Shown here: positions 30,821 through 39,995 of the stretch, piece after piece
Layout of the letters: each line of letters starts with the position of its first letter
Position numbering within the stretch: position 1 is the stretch's first letter
Assembly: GCA_049586675.1 (NCBI GenBank)
Contig: JBAVCL010000010.1
Coordinates: forward strand, 1,074-65,073
Reading direction: 5' to 3'
DNA length: 64,000 nucleotides
From: Dehalococcoidia bacterium
GTDB lineage: Bacteria; Chloroflexota; Dehalococcoidia; GIF9; AB-539-J10
The notes under the pieces: model-generated
Seen by the model: the letters and a program-made list of their open reading frames with translations, nothing else
Database searches by the model: none
What the model was told of the DNA's origin: nothing
Position numbers and translations under genes: made by a program

Positions 30821-31294
30821 ATGGCAGATGGTGGTAATAGCAGGGGAGGGTTGCTTACCGCTGGTGGAATCTTGAGTATAGTAGTGGGGGCATTTGAGGT
30901 AATTGGTGGAGTGCTAATGGTGGTTCTAGCAATAGGCACTAGAATACTGTTCAGGCTGGGGCTTCTTCCGTTCCGCCTACGCGTTTGGTTGGGACATATT
31001 ATACCTGTCATCCCAACCTGGTTGATTATAGTGGCTCTTATTGTTCTAGGTATACTAGCTATAGTAGGTGGCGTCTCGGCCATAAGAAGGAAAAACCTAA
31101 GTCTGTCCTTAATCGGGGCTATCTCTGCCCTTTGCTCAGGTATTTTGGTAATATTGGCAGGCATATTTTTGGTGGGCGGCATGCCTCGGCTTTTGGCTAT
31201 CTACGCCGTTCCATCAAGCATTTTGGTAATCTTGGGAATACTGGCAGTTATTTTTGTCTCCCTGTCAAAGAAAGAATTTGAAACAGAGAATTAG
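30821..31294 (+). CDS. Small hydrophobic membrane protein with internal repeats
   Basis: 157 aa, 4-5 predicted TM segments, AGGAGG RBS 6 nt upstream; sits between tRNA genes. Confidence 0.55.
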   Translation: MADGGNSRGGLLTAGGILSIVVGAFEVIGGVLMVVLAIGTRILFRLGLLPFRLRVWLGHIIPVIPTWLIIVALIVLGILAIVGGVSAIRRKNLSLSLIGAISALCSGILVILAGIFLVGGMPRLLAIYAVPSSILVILGILAVIFVSLSKKEFETEN

Positions 31295-31296
31295 AT

Positions 31297-31380
31297 GCCG
31301 AAGTGGCGGAATGGCAGACGCGCTACGTTCAGGGCGTAGTGTCCGTAAGGACGTGAGGGTTCAAATCCCTCCTTCGGCAC
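31297..31380 (+). tRNA. tRNA-Leu (anticodon CAG), long variable arm
   Basis: Acceptor GCCGAAG/CTTCGGC, anticodon stem CTACG/CGTAG with loop TTCAGGG, long variable arm, T-arm GAGGG TTCAAAT CCCTC; no encoded CCA. Confidence 0.8.
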
Positions 31381-31399
31381 TGTTTGGGCGGGGGTATAT

Positions 31400-31476
31400 A
31401 CGCCTGTAGCTCAGCTGGATAGAGCACAGCCCTGCGGAGGCTGGGGTCGCGGGTTCAAATCCCGCCAGGCGTGCCA
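31400..31476 (+). tRNA. tRNA-Arg (anticodon GCG as read; A1-U72 first pair)
   Basis: Acceptor ACGCCTG/CAGGCGT, D-arm GCTC AGCTGGATA GAGC (A20), anticodon stem CAGCC/GGCTG with loop CTGCGGA, T-arm GCGGG TTCAAAT CCCGC, G73, CCA. Confidence 0.7.
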
Positions 31477-31477
31477 T

Positions 31478-31553
31478 GGGCGGTTAGCTCAGTGGTGAGA
31501 GCGCCTGTCTTACACACAGGAGGTCAGAGGTTCAAGCCCTCTACCGCCCACCA
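31478..31553 (+). tRNA. tRNA-Val (anticodon TAC)
   Basis: Acceptor GGGCGGT/ACCGCCC, anticodon stem CCTGT/ACAGG with loop CTTACAC, T-arm AGAGG TTCAAGC CCTCT, A73, CCA; starts 2 nt after the previous tRNA. Confidence 0.8.
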
Positions 31554-31602
31554 TAGGTAATATTATTACCCATCTGTAGTAAAAAATATTAGGAGGGAAG
31601 GG

Positions 31603-32046
31603 ATGTCCACAAAAGAAAACAAGGAGTTGGTCCGCCAGGTTTGCAAGGATGCGAATGAGGCTGTCGGGGATGTTTCCAAGATACGTTCTGCATTTGATAA
31701 ATATTATGCGCCGGGTTACATCCGCCATGGTCCTTCCGAAGGAGACATGAACTGGGAACAAGCATTACAATTTAACGTGGCGCTCTTTTCTGCATTTCCA
31801 GACCTTAATTTTTCCATTGATGATATATTGGCTGAAGGTAACAAAGTGGCATACAGATATACAGTTAGAGGGACTCACAAGGGGACTTTTATGGGAATCT
31901 CTGCCACCGAGAAGCGGATTGTGGGCAAAGGGGTTGAGATATACAAGATTGCAGGCGGAAAAATCGTGGAAGGCTGGGATTTTCCTGATAATCTGGGCGT
32001 GATGACCCAGCTTGGGGTCATCTCCGGCGCGGCACCTAAAACGTAG
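31603..32046 (+). CDS. SnoaL-like / NTF2-like ester cyclase family protein
   Basis: 147 aa; pattern typical of SnoaL-like polyketide cyclase domain proteins. Confidence 0.6.
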   Translation: MSTKENKELVRQVCKDANEAVGDVSKIRSAFDKYYAPGYIRHGPSEGDMNWEQALQFNVALFSAFPDLNFSIDDILAEGNKVAYRYTVRGTHKGTFMGISATEKRIVGKGVEIYKIAGGKIVEGWDFPDNLGVMTQLGVISGAAPKT

Positions 32047-32089
32047 CATGCCACATTAGGCAAACTTTTTCTTTAGTGTGGCAGTCACG

Positions 32090-32713
32090 TTACCTACTAC
32101 ACAGCCAGCACAGGACATCAGCAAAATTTGTTGCCACGATGTGTTTCTCATCGGTCAAATCTTGACCGGCTGGTGCGAAGAGAATCGTACTAAATCCCAA
32201 CGCCGCCGCTACATCAAGGTTTCTTCGTTGGTCGTCGATAAATACGGCATCACAAGGGCTTACTGTCAGTTGACCAATGAGATGGTCAAAAATAGCCTGC
32301 TCTGGTTTCCTGACACCGACGTCGCCACTTATAACGAAGCCGCGAACATACTTGTCTAATCTGAAGCGAGCCCGCAGTTTCTTCGACCACTCCGATATAT
32401 CATTTGATAAGCACCACACCTCATAACCTTGCGAATTGACGGTTTCCAGGAAATCGGTGAGACCATCAGTTAATTCGTACCGTTGAAGGTATTCATCTTC
32501 GAGTCTAGGGTCGAGTCCAACCGCTTCCCAGAACTGGGCAGACGACATGTTCCCAAGACTGGTTGCATGATAGAGCATTTCAATCTTGGACACATCCTTA
32601 GTCCCACCTTTCTCCGCTACAAACGGACAAAGTAAATCTCTATCGTCATTTCCGACGGAGTATATTACTCCCATCGCGTCAAGGACGAGAATTCTCAACA
32701 ACTGTGTCTCCAA
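32090..32713 (-). CDS. HAD-superfamily hydrolase (subfamily IA-like)
   Basis: N-terminal LVLDAMGVIY (motif I DxD-like) and downstream HAD motifs. Confidence 0.7.
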   Translation of the reverse strand: METQLLRILVLDAMGVIYSVGNDDRDLLCPFVAEKGGTKDVSKIEMLYHATSLGNMSSAQFWEAVGLDPRLEDEYLQRYELTDGLTDFLETVNSQGYEVWCLSNDISEWSKKLRARFRLDKYVRGFVISGDVGVRKPEQAIFDHLIGQLTVSPCDAVFIDDQRRNLDVAAALGFSTILFAPAGQDLTDEKHIVATNFADVLCWLCSR

Positions 32714-32885
32714 CTAGCGTATGGAGGTGAACTTAATCACAAATAACTACATCGTCAGGATTAGCTTCTGGCAACAACGAAGTGATGACCATTCTAGGTG
32801 GCTGACTCTATTTAGTCAAGGCTTGCCAGCTAACATACCTCGTTTATACATACCTCTTGACAAAACAGGGAGTTAGTGTATAATA

Positions 32886-32935
32886 ATATCTAGATATATC
32901 TAGATATTATTTATGCCACACTAGTTAATCTAGTG
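32886..32935 (+). promoter_or_regulatory. Candidate PadR operator palindromes
   Basis: Two overlapping ATATCTAGATAT perfect palindromes (32886-32907) and CACTAG-TTAAT-CTAGTG (32919-32935), directly upstream of the padR RBS (AAAGGAGG) and GTG start at 32950. Confidence 0.55.
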
Positions 32936-32949
32936 GAAAGGAGGTTTGA

Positions 32950-33462
32950 GTGTTTAGAGGCCGGATATTTCACGAAGAACGATTTTTTCGAGGTTCACGG
33001 AGATGGGCCTCATTTCAGAAAGGTGACCTCAAATACATAATATTAGGCCTGTTGAAGGATAAGCCGAGACACGGTTATGACATCATCCGCGAGCTTGAGG
33101 AGCAGTCCTATGGTTTTTATAAGCCGAGCCCTGGAGTTATCTACCCTACTCTTCAAATGCTGCAAGAAATGGGATATGCCAGTTCCACTGAGCAAGAAGG
33201 CAAAAAAGTTTACTCGATTACGGAAGAAGGTCTCAAGTTCCTGGCAAATCAGAGTGATATCGCTGATGGCGTGAGAAGGCAGATGAAACATAAGTGGAGT
33301 TTTAAGAATATTGGTAGGATGGCCATGATAATGAGAGAGTATCATGAGCTCGAAGAGCTGCTCGATAGCAGCTTTCGCAGGCTGGACGCCGACAAAGCAG
33401 AGCAGATTCGTCAAATTCTTTCCCGGGCTTATCAAGAAATCGAGTCTGTGCTACGAAAATAA
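32950..33462 (+). CDS. PadR-family transcriptional regulator
   Basis: LKYIILGLLKDKPRHGYDIIRELEE...GVIYPTLQMLQEMGY = PadR winged-helix signature. Confidence 0.85.
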   Translation: MFRGRIFHEERFFRGSRRWASFQKGDLKYIILGLLKDKPRHGYDIIRELEEQSYGFYKPSPGVIYPTLQMLQEMGYASSTEQEGKKVYSITEEGLKFLANQSDIADGVRRQMKHKWSFKNIGRMAMIMREYHELEELLDSSFRRLDADKAEQIRQILSRAYQEIESVLRK

Positions 33463-33479
33463 AACAAAGGAGGGCTAAA

Positions 33480-33689
33480 ATGGGTTACTTTAGAATATTG
33501 GGAGCGATACCCGGTTTCTTCTTGAGTTCGTTATTCCTCATGCTTCTCTTGAATGTCATTGCTACGAGGCTGGGCAGCAGTGTGAATATTAACTACGTTA
33601 CAGCCATGCTGATAAATATTACACTGTGGATAGCGATAGCTCCCCTGGCCGCAATTGGAGGTAAAAAGAGATTTTTTGATTGGCACTGA
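33480..33689 (+). CDS. Small membrane protein co-transcribed with padR
   Basis: 69 aa, two hydrophobic helices, GGAGGG RBS; PadR genes are commonly paired with small membrane proteins. Confidence 0.5.
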   Translation: MGYFRILGAIPGFFLSSLFLMLLLNVIATRLGSSVNINYVTAMLINITLWIAIAPLAAIGGKKRFFDWH

Positions 33690-33968
33690 GCCATAAGACG
33701 GCTGCTATATGATGGGATAAGACTGGGAAAATCAGTGTAGACCTCTTTGCCAAGGAGGGAAGCGCTGAGCAAAGCGGAGCAAAAAGAAGAGGCAATCTCA
33801 TAGATAGTGCCCGTAAATATGCTGCAGAATTAAGAGATTAGGACAGTTGCTCCGCCCATGGATGCGCAAGTCATCAAGGATGACCAGCGTGGAGGAACAA
33901 TCCCTGTACTGCCAAAATCAAGCCCTTTCTTCTCAAACAGGTCTTCGGGAATTGTCCAACAAGGCTCA

Positions 33969-34400
33969 CTATGTTGGGAATGCTTGGCCCTCTTTCTGTC
34001 CGGCAGCTGGTAAAGAATCATGTGACTGTACGACGAGCCATCTGTCTCCCCGCTTTTCAAGCACTGCAGTCTCCCTCAATGGCATACTTATTTCCTGACG
34101 ACCGGCCCTTAAATTGAAAACAATGTCAGCCGCTACCCATGCCACTGATCCCGCCGCTGAGACCGAATGCCAACCGATTCTAAAGGATGCGTCATCAAAT
34201 TGCGAAAAAAAACGTTCCGAAACAGCTTTAATCTCGGCCAGGCCGATGCACTTCTCATCACCACCGGTCCCGATGACAACCACGTCAGGGTCTGGTGCAA
34301 GGAACTCCATCACTCCATCTATATCCTGCTGGGCAAACGCCTCAAACCACTTTTTGACAACATTCATCACTGTGGCTTCTGTCTTTGGATCTGCTTTCAT
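33969..34400 (-). CDS. NTF2-like (SnoaL_2/DUF4440-type) protein
   Basis: 143 aa; VVKKWFEAFAQQDIDGVMEFLAPD pattern of SnoaL-like domain. Confidence 0.55.
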   Translation of the reverse strand: MKADPKTEATVMNVVKKWFEAFAQQDIDGVMEFLAPDPDVVVIGTGGDEKCIGLAEIKAVSERFFSQFDDASFRIGWHSVSAAGSVAWVAADIVFNLRAGRQEISMPLRETAVLEKRGDRWLVVQSHDSLPAAGQKEGQAFPT

Positions 34401-34580
34401 ATTCTTCTAACCCCCCTTTCATATGCGGACTTTGTAGGTCATTCATATTCTAATTTAACGTCTGCGAGTCACTATCTTTTGTGTGAAAGACAAAAGCATC
34501 TGCTGCAGCGCCAGAATTAATCCCTTATTCTCAAATAAAAGTTCGGGAACCCTTTCCCCAAGCCTACCAAGTGTAATGTT

Positions 34581-35582
34581 CTAACTCAATCTTTGAGTAA
34601 GCTCATCTACAGTCAGGAACTTCCCAGTGGTCTCTACTTGATGAACCAATTCAACTATCAAAGAATTAACCGGGGTTGGAATACCTTTCTTCTTTCCCAG
34701 ATTCACAATTTCTCCGTTCAAGTAATCAATTTCCGTGCTTTTCCCTCTCCTGATGCTCTGCAGTGTAGAACCCAGAATAGGTAGCTTACCTAAAGACTCG
34801 ATAAGATTCTTCATTATAGATGAGGCCTCTGGCAGTGGCATTTGAGCCATTGCTTCCATCGAGGAAAGCGGGGTGCCAGGGACAGGTGGAGTTTTGATTT
34901 CCGCTAGTCTAATTACCTCTAATCCTTCTTTCATAAGGTTGATGTTTAATTCTCTAATTTGAGGGTATTGGTTACCTTCCTGAACTGACAAACCTGTCAC
35001 TGCCGGAACAGCATTATTTAGATTTTGGAGAAGCTTGGTCCAATGCGCTCCCCGAATATCCTCACTCATTTCCGTAGGTAATGCTTTATCGAACAACGCT
35101 GAAAGACTTTGTAATCGGTTTCCCTTGGCAACAAAGGGTTCTCCTATCAGAAGAGCTGTTTTACTGAATAAGCTAGAGTAATATGCTTTACCTGGTTCAA
35201 GGAATTCACCATTGAATAAGACAACGCTGCTGATGATATTTTCTTTTCCTAAAACCCCAGCTACTAGGTCATCGCTCTGAACCCCATTTTGCATAGTAAC
35301 TACCAGAGTGCCAGATAGAAATGGCTGCACTCTCTTGACTGAAGATTCAACGTCCTGAGACTTTACGGTTAGCAAGGCTAAATCCGGTTTGAAATCAAGA
35401 TTTTCTGCCGCTTTAACCCGAATTACCGTCTTCCCAGATTCTCCATCAAGGATCAAGCCGTTCTGGTTTATGGCCTCAACATGAGCTTTCCGACCTATGA
35501 GAGTGACATCTTCTCCAGCCTTGGATAAAAGACCGCCGATCACACTTCCAACAGCCCCTGCACCGATAACAGCTATCTTCAT
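34581..35582 (-). CDS. 2-dehydropantoate 2-reductase (ApbA/PanE family)
   Basis: MKIAVIGAGAVGSVIGGLL Rossmann motif; ApbA N- and C-domain pattern. Confidence 0.75.
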   Translation of the reverse strand: MKIAVIGAGAVGSVIGGLLSKAGEDVTLIGRKAHVEAINQNGLILDGESGKTVIRVKAAENLDFKPDLALLTVKSQDVESSVKRVQPFLSGTLVVTMQNGVQSDDLVAGVLGKENIISSVVLFNGEFLEPGKAYYSSLFSKTALLIGEPFVAKGNRLQSLSALFDKALPTEMSEDIRGAHWTKLLQNLNNAVPAVTGLSVQEGNQYPQIRELNINLMKEGLEVIRLAEIKTPPVPGTPLSSMEAMAQMPLPEASSIMKNLIESLGKLPILGSTLQSIRRGKSTEIDYLNGEIVNLGKKKGIPTPVNSLIVELVHQVETTGKFLTVDELTQRLS

Positions 35583-35656
35583 AGTAGCGGCTCCTTTCTA
35601 AATACAATTACTCTTTTTCATCAAAGACTTATCTAGAAATCGGATATTTACTGGAG

Positions 35657-35914
35657 CTATTTGCCATACCTTAGCTTCGCATATAACATAGCACATCCTA
35701 AACCAAACGTTAGGGCATTCCACCAAATTACTGATGGTAGTCCCTTTGAAATCCCGTAGGACAGCCAAAAAGCTATACCCAGGAGGAAGAAGATGGTGAA
35801 TGGCAGGCTTATCTCATGAGCACTCCTGAGCTTAAACAGACGCCATACTTGTGGGATAAATCCCAGTGTGGTCAAAGCTCCACCGACGAATCCTAGCAGC
35901 TCTTTCCATTCCAA
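35657..35914 (-). CDS. SemiSWEET / PQ-loop family small sugar transporter
   Basis: 85 aa, 3 TM, conserved FIPQVWRLFK PQ motif. Confidence 0.7.
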   Translation of the reverse strand: MEWKELLGFVGGALTTLGFIPQVWRLFKLRSAHEISLPFTIFFLLGIAFWLSYGISKGLPSVIWWNALTFGLGCAMLYAKLRYGK

Positions 35915-36280
35915 GGTGTGCCTCCTTTTCTGTATGTTGCGACAGTTTACCTATTGTTTTCTCAAACCAATATCCTGCCGGCCAATTATACCATTCGAAG
36001 CTAAGATGGGGACGTTCTCCACATATTTATAGTAGGTATTCCCCTGAAGAGAAAGTGGTAAATGCCCTTGCTAGCTGATAGGGATATTCTATGCAGGATC
36101 TGAAGCACGCGGAAAAAGTTCAAAAAGCCATGTTATTGAGCAGTGTCAAGAAATAGACGACCTTGATAACATAACACAAACACCCCCTTCTGAGATAGCA
36201 CGGAAGAATAGGCTTCCCTTCCTCAGCCGGGAACTTCAAGTCACTATTATCAAGGTCTCAATTCGTAAGATACTGGTATC

Positions 36281-36622
36281 TTAGTATCTGCGCCCTCTAC
36301 CTCCTCCACCAAACCCACCACCTCTACCATACCCACCACCCCCACCACCTCTACCGTACCCACCACCCCTGCCGCCTTCGGTGCGAGGGCGTGCCTCACT
36401 AACACTGAGAGTTCGCTCTTTCAATGATGTTCCATTAAGGCCGGTGATGGCAGCCTGGGCCTCAGTTTTTGTTGGCATTTCAATAAACCCAAAACCTCGA
36501 GATTCGCCGCTGTACCTGTCCTTAATGATGTTTACCAATGTGACTTGCCCAAAAGCCTCAAACGCCTTGCGCAATTCGTCTTCGGTAACCTCGCGAGATA
36601 AATTGCCTATATATATATTCAC
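36281..36622 (-). CDS. RRM-domain glycine-rich RNA-binding protein
   Basis: MNIYIGNLSREVTEDELRKAFEAFGQV...RGFGFIEM (RNP2/RNP1) plus C-terminal GGRGGGYGRGGGGGG tail. Confidence 0.85.
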   Translation of the reverse strand: MNIYIGNLSREVTEDELRKAFEAFGQVTLVNIIKDRYSGESRGFGFIEMPTKTEAQAAITGLNGTSLKERTLSVSEARPRTEGGRGGGYGRGGGGGGYGRGGGFGGGGRGRRY

Positions 36623-36699
36623 AATATTAACCCCCTTTCAATTTTTATTGCCTTACCCTTAGTCCAGCCAGATTTTTTTAAACACACTAAATGCCTCTG

Positions 36700-36740
36700 T
36701 TTCTAAACCTTCGGGGGCTGGGTTTGGTTCCAGCCCCCTT
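36700..36740. terminator. Strong GC hairpin between the zinc-ribbon and RRM genes
   Basis: GGGGGCTGG-N9-CCAGCCCCC followed by TTTGAA; intergenic. Confidence 0.5.
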
Positions 36741-36759
36741 TGAATCCAGCTACATTAGA

Positions 36760-37065
36760 TTATTTCTGAGTACTTGATTTAATCTTGTTGTAGCACTCAC
36801 TACAATATACTGGCTTGCCCTCTCGAGGCTCAAAGGGCACTTCACATTCTTTTCCACACTCAGCACATACTGCGGTATGCATTTGGCGGCTAGACCTGTA
36901 ACCGCTGGAGCTATTGTACCGGCTTCTCTTTGCCTCACGGCAAGCAGGACAACGCTTGGGCTCATTAGTGTATCCCCTACCAGCATAGAACTCCTGTTCC
37001 TGAACGGTAAAGGTGAATGTGGCGCCACAGTCAGCACATTGCAGCGTTTTGTCTGCAAATCCCAT
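36760..37065 (-). CDS. Double zinc-ribbon protein (two CxxC...CxxC pairs)
   Basis: 101 aa; CADCG...CPACREAKR and CAECG...CSECYNK. Confidence 0.6.
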   Translation of the reverse strand: MGFADKTLQCADCGATFTFTVQEQEFYAGRGYTNEPKRCPACREAKRSRYNSSSGYRSSRQMHTAVCAECGKECEVPFEPREGKPVYCSECYNKIKSSTQK

Positions 37066-37348
37066 TGGATGACCTCCTTTCTTTTAATACTTGGCTCGAG
37101 TTTCGGTCATCCAACGTTCGCGAATGGGCCCTGAAGAGCTCTCACAGAGACGCGGTAACCTACACTGATAACCACTGGTTTAAGTATAATAAGGCGCTGG
37201 AAAAATTGCAACTATCGGGGGGTAAAGAGAGCAAATAATCTACTTAAATTAAGAAATTTACGCTATAATAAAGGACGGGGAGGAATTCTAGAAAGACAAA
37301 ATTTAGCCAGGTGAATTTCTTCCCTAATTAAATAACCCAACCATTATG

Positions 37349-37377
37349 TTGACCCGCAGCAATGCTATATCTATAAT
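37349..37377 (+). promoter_or_regulatory. Sigma-70-like promoter (TTGACC, 17 nt, TATAAT) for the NMO-family gene
   Basis: TTGACC at 37349-37354, 17-nt spacer, TATAAT at 37372-37377, 30 nt upstream of the ATG at 37408 with AAAGAGGTG RBS. Confidence 0.6.
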
Positions 37378-37407
37378 GTCGTAATTAAAAAATAAAGAGG
37401 TGAATCT

Positions 37408-38517
37408 ATGATTAAATCAAGATTGTGTGACCGGCTCGGAATCAAATATCCCATTATACAGGCAGGGATGGGTCCCTTCAGCAACAATAACCTTTGCGTT
37501 GCTACAGCCAGCGCCGGCGTCCTTGGGTTACTTTCCACAAGTGGCCTTTGGGAAAAACAAAGACAACCCCCTATCTATAAAGCCTTTGTGGAAACCGCAG
37601 AGGCTAATTTTGAGGATGATATGGCTACAGTTCTGGGAAAAGTACTGAAGCGCACAAACAGGCTAGTCAAAGACAAAGCCGGCGTTTTCGGCATCAATGT
37701 GATGGTCTCAGCCGAAGTTATCCAATATTCGCGTGTATTGATTGATACGGCTATCAAGGTCCGTCAGGAGAACCCCGATATGAAAGACCACTTCAAAGTG
37801 ATCTTTACGTCCGCTGGCGACCCTGTAGGCTGGGCAGAAAAAATAAAAGGCGCTGGATTCACCTGGATTCACGTCGTACCATCGGTGAGGGCTGCCTTGC
37901 GCTGCAAAAAAGCCGGCGTTGACGTGATAGTAGCTTCTGGTCATGAAGGAGGTTTCCACATCGCCTGGGAACCCGTTCACTCATTGGTTCTACTCCCGGC
38001 TGTTGTAGATGCAGTCTCAGATGATAATACTTTAGTCGCCGGTGCCGGTGGTTTTTGCGATGGCCGGACACTGGCAGCAGCACTAATTTTAGGGGCAGAT
38101 GGAGCCCAGATAGGGACACGCTTTCTAGCAACGCAGGAAAGCGATTTCCCTCAGCTATGGAAGGAAGGTGTTGTAGCTGCTGAAGATAGAGGTACACTCG
38201 TAGCCCGCGGCTTTGTCGGACCGGCCCGGTGGCTGAAATCGCCGCGCAGCATGGAACATGCCAGAAACACTCTCCAGAAAGCACCCGGTGTTTTTCTGGG
38301 AGCTCCAGATGATTCCTCCACAGCTGATACGTTGATTAATTTTGAGGTTGAATCCATCAGAGCTGTCTATGAAGGAGATAAAGAAAAGGCGATGATGGCT
38401 GCCGGTGAGGTGGCTCAGCGAATTAAAGATATGCCCAAGGTCAACGATTTAGTGCAGGAGATCGTTAAGGAAGCCGAAACTGTCCTCAGGCAAGTCCCGA
38501 AAAAGGTTCTGGTGTAA
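37408..38517 (+). CDS. NMO-family FMN-dependent oxidoreductase (second paralog in window)
   Basis: 369 aa; IKYPIIQAGMGPFS N-terminal NMO signature. Confidence 0.8.
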   Translation: MIKSRLCDRLGIKYPIIQAGMGPFSNNNLCVATASAGVLGLLSTSGLWEKQRQPPIYKAFVETAEANFEDDMATVLGKVLKRTNRLVKDKAGVFGINVMVSAEVIQYSRVLIDTAIKVRQENPDMKDHFKVIFTSAGDPVGWAEKIKGAGFTWIHVVPSVRAALRCKKAGVDVIVASGHEGGFHIAWEPVHSLVLLPAVVDAVSDDNTLVAGAGGFCDGRTLAAALILGADGAQIGTRFLATQESDFPQLWKEGVVAAEDRGTLVARGFVGPARWLKSPRSMEHARNTLQKAPGVFLGAPDDSSTADTLINFEVESIRAVYEGDKEKAMMAAGEVAQRIKDMPKVNDLVQEIVKEAETVLRQVPKKVLV

Positions 38518-38596
38518 GGTTTAAGCCAGATTATATAAAAGACAGCAGTTTTCTTCTCAGTCCGCCCAGGGGTTATTGTCACCTTGTGGGATTTGT

Positions 38597-39577
38597 CTAA
38601 ATATGAAACTCGACTATGTCGCCATCTTGAAGGACATGTCCCTTGCTAACCCTCTGCCCATCATATTTTCCTGAACCCCAAACGACAGCATACTTCAAAT
38701 TTTGATAGAAGTCCTTATGGAGGTCCTCAGCAGCTTCTTCCAGTGTGCTGCCCTTCTTTAATACCATGGGGTCACTCAGGTCGGCCTTGCTGCCGGGGGT
38801 CTTGGTATAAACCCGGATGATATTCAGGGCCTGGTAAATTGCTCTTTTGAACTCCTCCAGGCCGCTGCCTTCCCTGGCGGAAATGGCAACCAGGGGAAAC
38901 AGCTTGGCATATTGTGAACGCAAGCGCTCCCAATTCGCGTTGGAACCTGCCAGTTCATTCTTATTCCCCACGATCAACATCCTCCGGGGATAACTTCCCG
39001 GAGTTGCTTGTGTCCCATCATCTGTTAAGGGTTCTATTCTGGCTTCTCTTAGCCCTTGAAGAGCTGCCTCTACCTGGCTTATTGGCTCCCGGGATAAATC
39101 TATTACAATGGCAATGAGGTCAGCGCTTCTCAGGGCATTTGATAGTAGTACTTTCACTTCTTTATACCCGATGGGCGGAGTATCCACCAGTTGTATCTGG
39201 ATATCTTCAAACTTCATCATCCCCGGCATCGGGGTTTTAGTGGTGAAGGGATATTCGGCTATCTCAGGGACGGCCTCGGTTACCGCCCCTAGTAGCTGTG
39301 ATTTCCCGGTATTGGCTGGCCCTACTAACATTATCTGTCCAGCGCCCTCCCGCCTAATGTAGAAGCCTGCTCTTCTGGCTGTGGCGTACTTTTTTTCTGC
39401 CTCTTGGGAAAACTTGGCAATCTTCTGTCTTAGCGCGGCATGGAGCTTATCGGTGCCTTTATGGTGGGGCATAATGGCGAGCATTTCTTCCAGAGCCGCA
39501 ATTTTTTCCTCTGGGTCCTTGGCTGACCGGTATCTCCTCTCAGCCTCGAAATACTGTGGCGGTAAATTCGCTGGCAT
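38597..39577 (-). CDS. DRG/Obg-like GTPase with C-terminal TGS domain
   Basis: N-terminal HHKGTDKLHAALRQKIAKF (DRG-type helix), G1 GPANTGKS, and TGS-like C-terminus ...RVSKGHVLQDGDIVEFHI. Confidence 0.7.
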   Translation of the reverse strand: MPANLPPQYFEAERRYRSAKDPEEKIAALEEMLAIMPHHKGTDKLHAALRQKIAKFSQEAEKKYATARRAGFYIRREGAGQIMLVGPANTGKSQLLGAVTEAVPEIAEYPFTTKTPMPGMMKFEDIQIQLVDTPPIGYKEVKVLLSNALRSADLIAIVIDLSREPISQVEAALQGLREARIEPLTDDGTQATPGSYPRRMLIVGNKNELAGSNANWERLRSQYAKLFPLVAISAREGSGLEEFKRAIYQALNIIRVYTKTPGSKADLSDPMVLKKGSTLEEAAEDLHKDFYQNLKYAVVWGSGKYDGQRVSKGHVLQDGDIVEFHI

Positions 39578-39726
39578 ATAACTAATTTTACCATTATGCC
39601 CTTTCTTGCAAAAAATCTAGGGCTCTTTGCTTCACAAAAAGAGGCTGGTTAAATTTGATTTATACCGCTAAGTAACTATTTGTTTTTTATGGTGGTGAAA
39701 AGTTCGTTAGCAAATTCTGATGAATT

Positions 39727-39900
39727 AGGTGGTAAGCCGTGCGGGACTCGAACCCACGACACCCTAATGAAAAGTTTGGAGTATCAAAATAGAGACATTA
39801 CTATCAAGCATCAAAGATGTTCGCCGCTGGACCGCTAGAATTTACATAGAGCCTAGCATGGTAGAGTTGGTTAGGTAACAAAATGTCCTTTTGTTACTTC
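39727..39900 (-). other. Element A: about 170 nt conserved sequence ending in a tRNA-like T-arm, acceptor 3' strand and CCA (paralog of element B)
   Basis: Reverse complement ends ...GTGGG TTCGAGT CCCGC ACGGCTT A CCA; no matching 5' acceptor strand, D arm or anticodon arm found; about 85% identical to 50640-50800 over about 120 nt upstream of the tRNA-like part. Confidence 0.5.
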
Positions 39901-39995
39901 GAGCACACCTTTTGGACAAATGTTACCCATTAAATCGCCCACACTAGGGCCGAGATGGGCGTATCAGTTCGTACTGAAGTGCTTCAGTCATGCTG

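Noticed and set aside
30757-31182. 141-aa minus-strand ORF overlapping the small membrane protein gene and tRNA-Val
   Set aside because: Low-complexity Pro/Thr/Ile-rich translation, overlaps a tRNA, and the + strand ORF has an AGGAGG RBS and coherent TM helices.
39780-39960. Small conserved protein-coding ORF in the minus strand of elements A and B, both ending ANIFDA followed by three consecutive stop codons
   Set aside because: Most A/B nucleotide differences scored in the conserved core are nonsynonymous. Copy B has an in-frame TAA upstream where copy A has TAC. Start and RBS are weak. The triple stop may be coincidental, but it is flagged in the A/B finding.
39727-39992. Elements A and B as tmRNA (ssrA) genes
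   Set aside because: Space upstream is about 265 nt or less. The acceptor 3' strand ACGGCTT has C70 rather than the U70 needed for a G3.U70 Ala-identity pair. No tag-reading-frame architecture. B lacks an encoded CCA.
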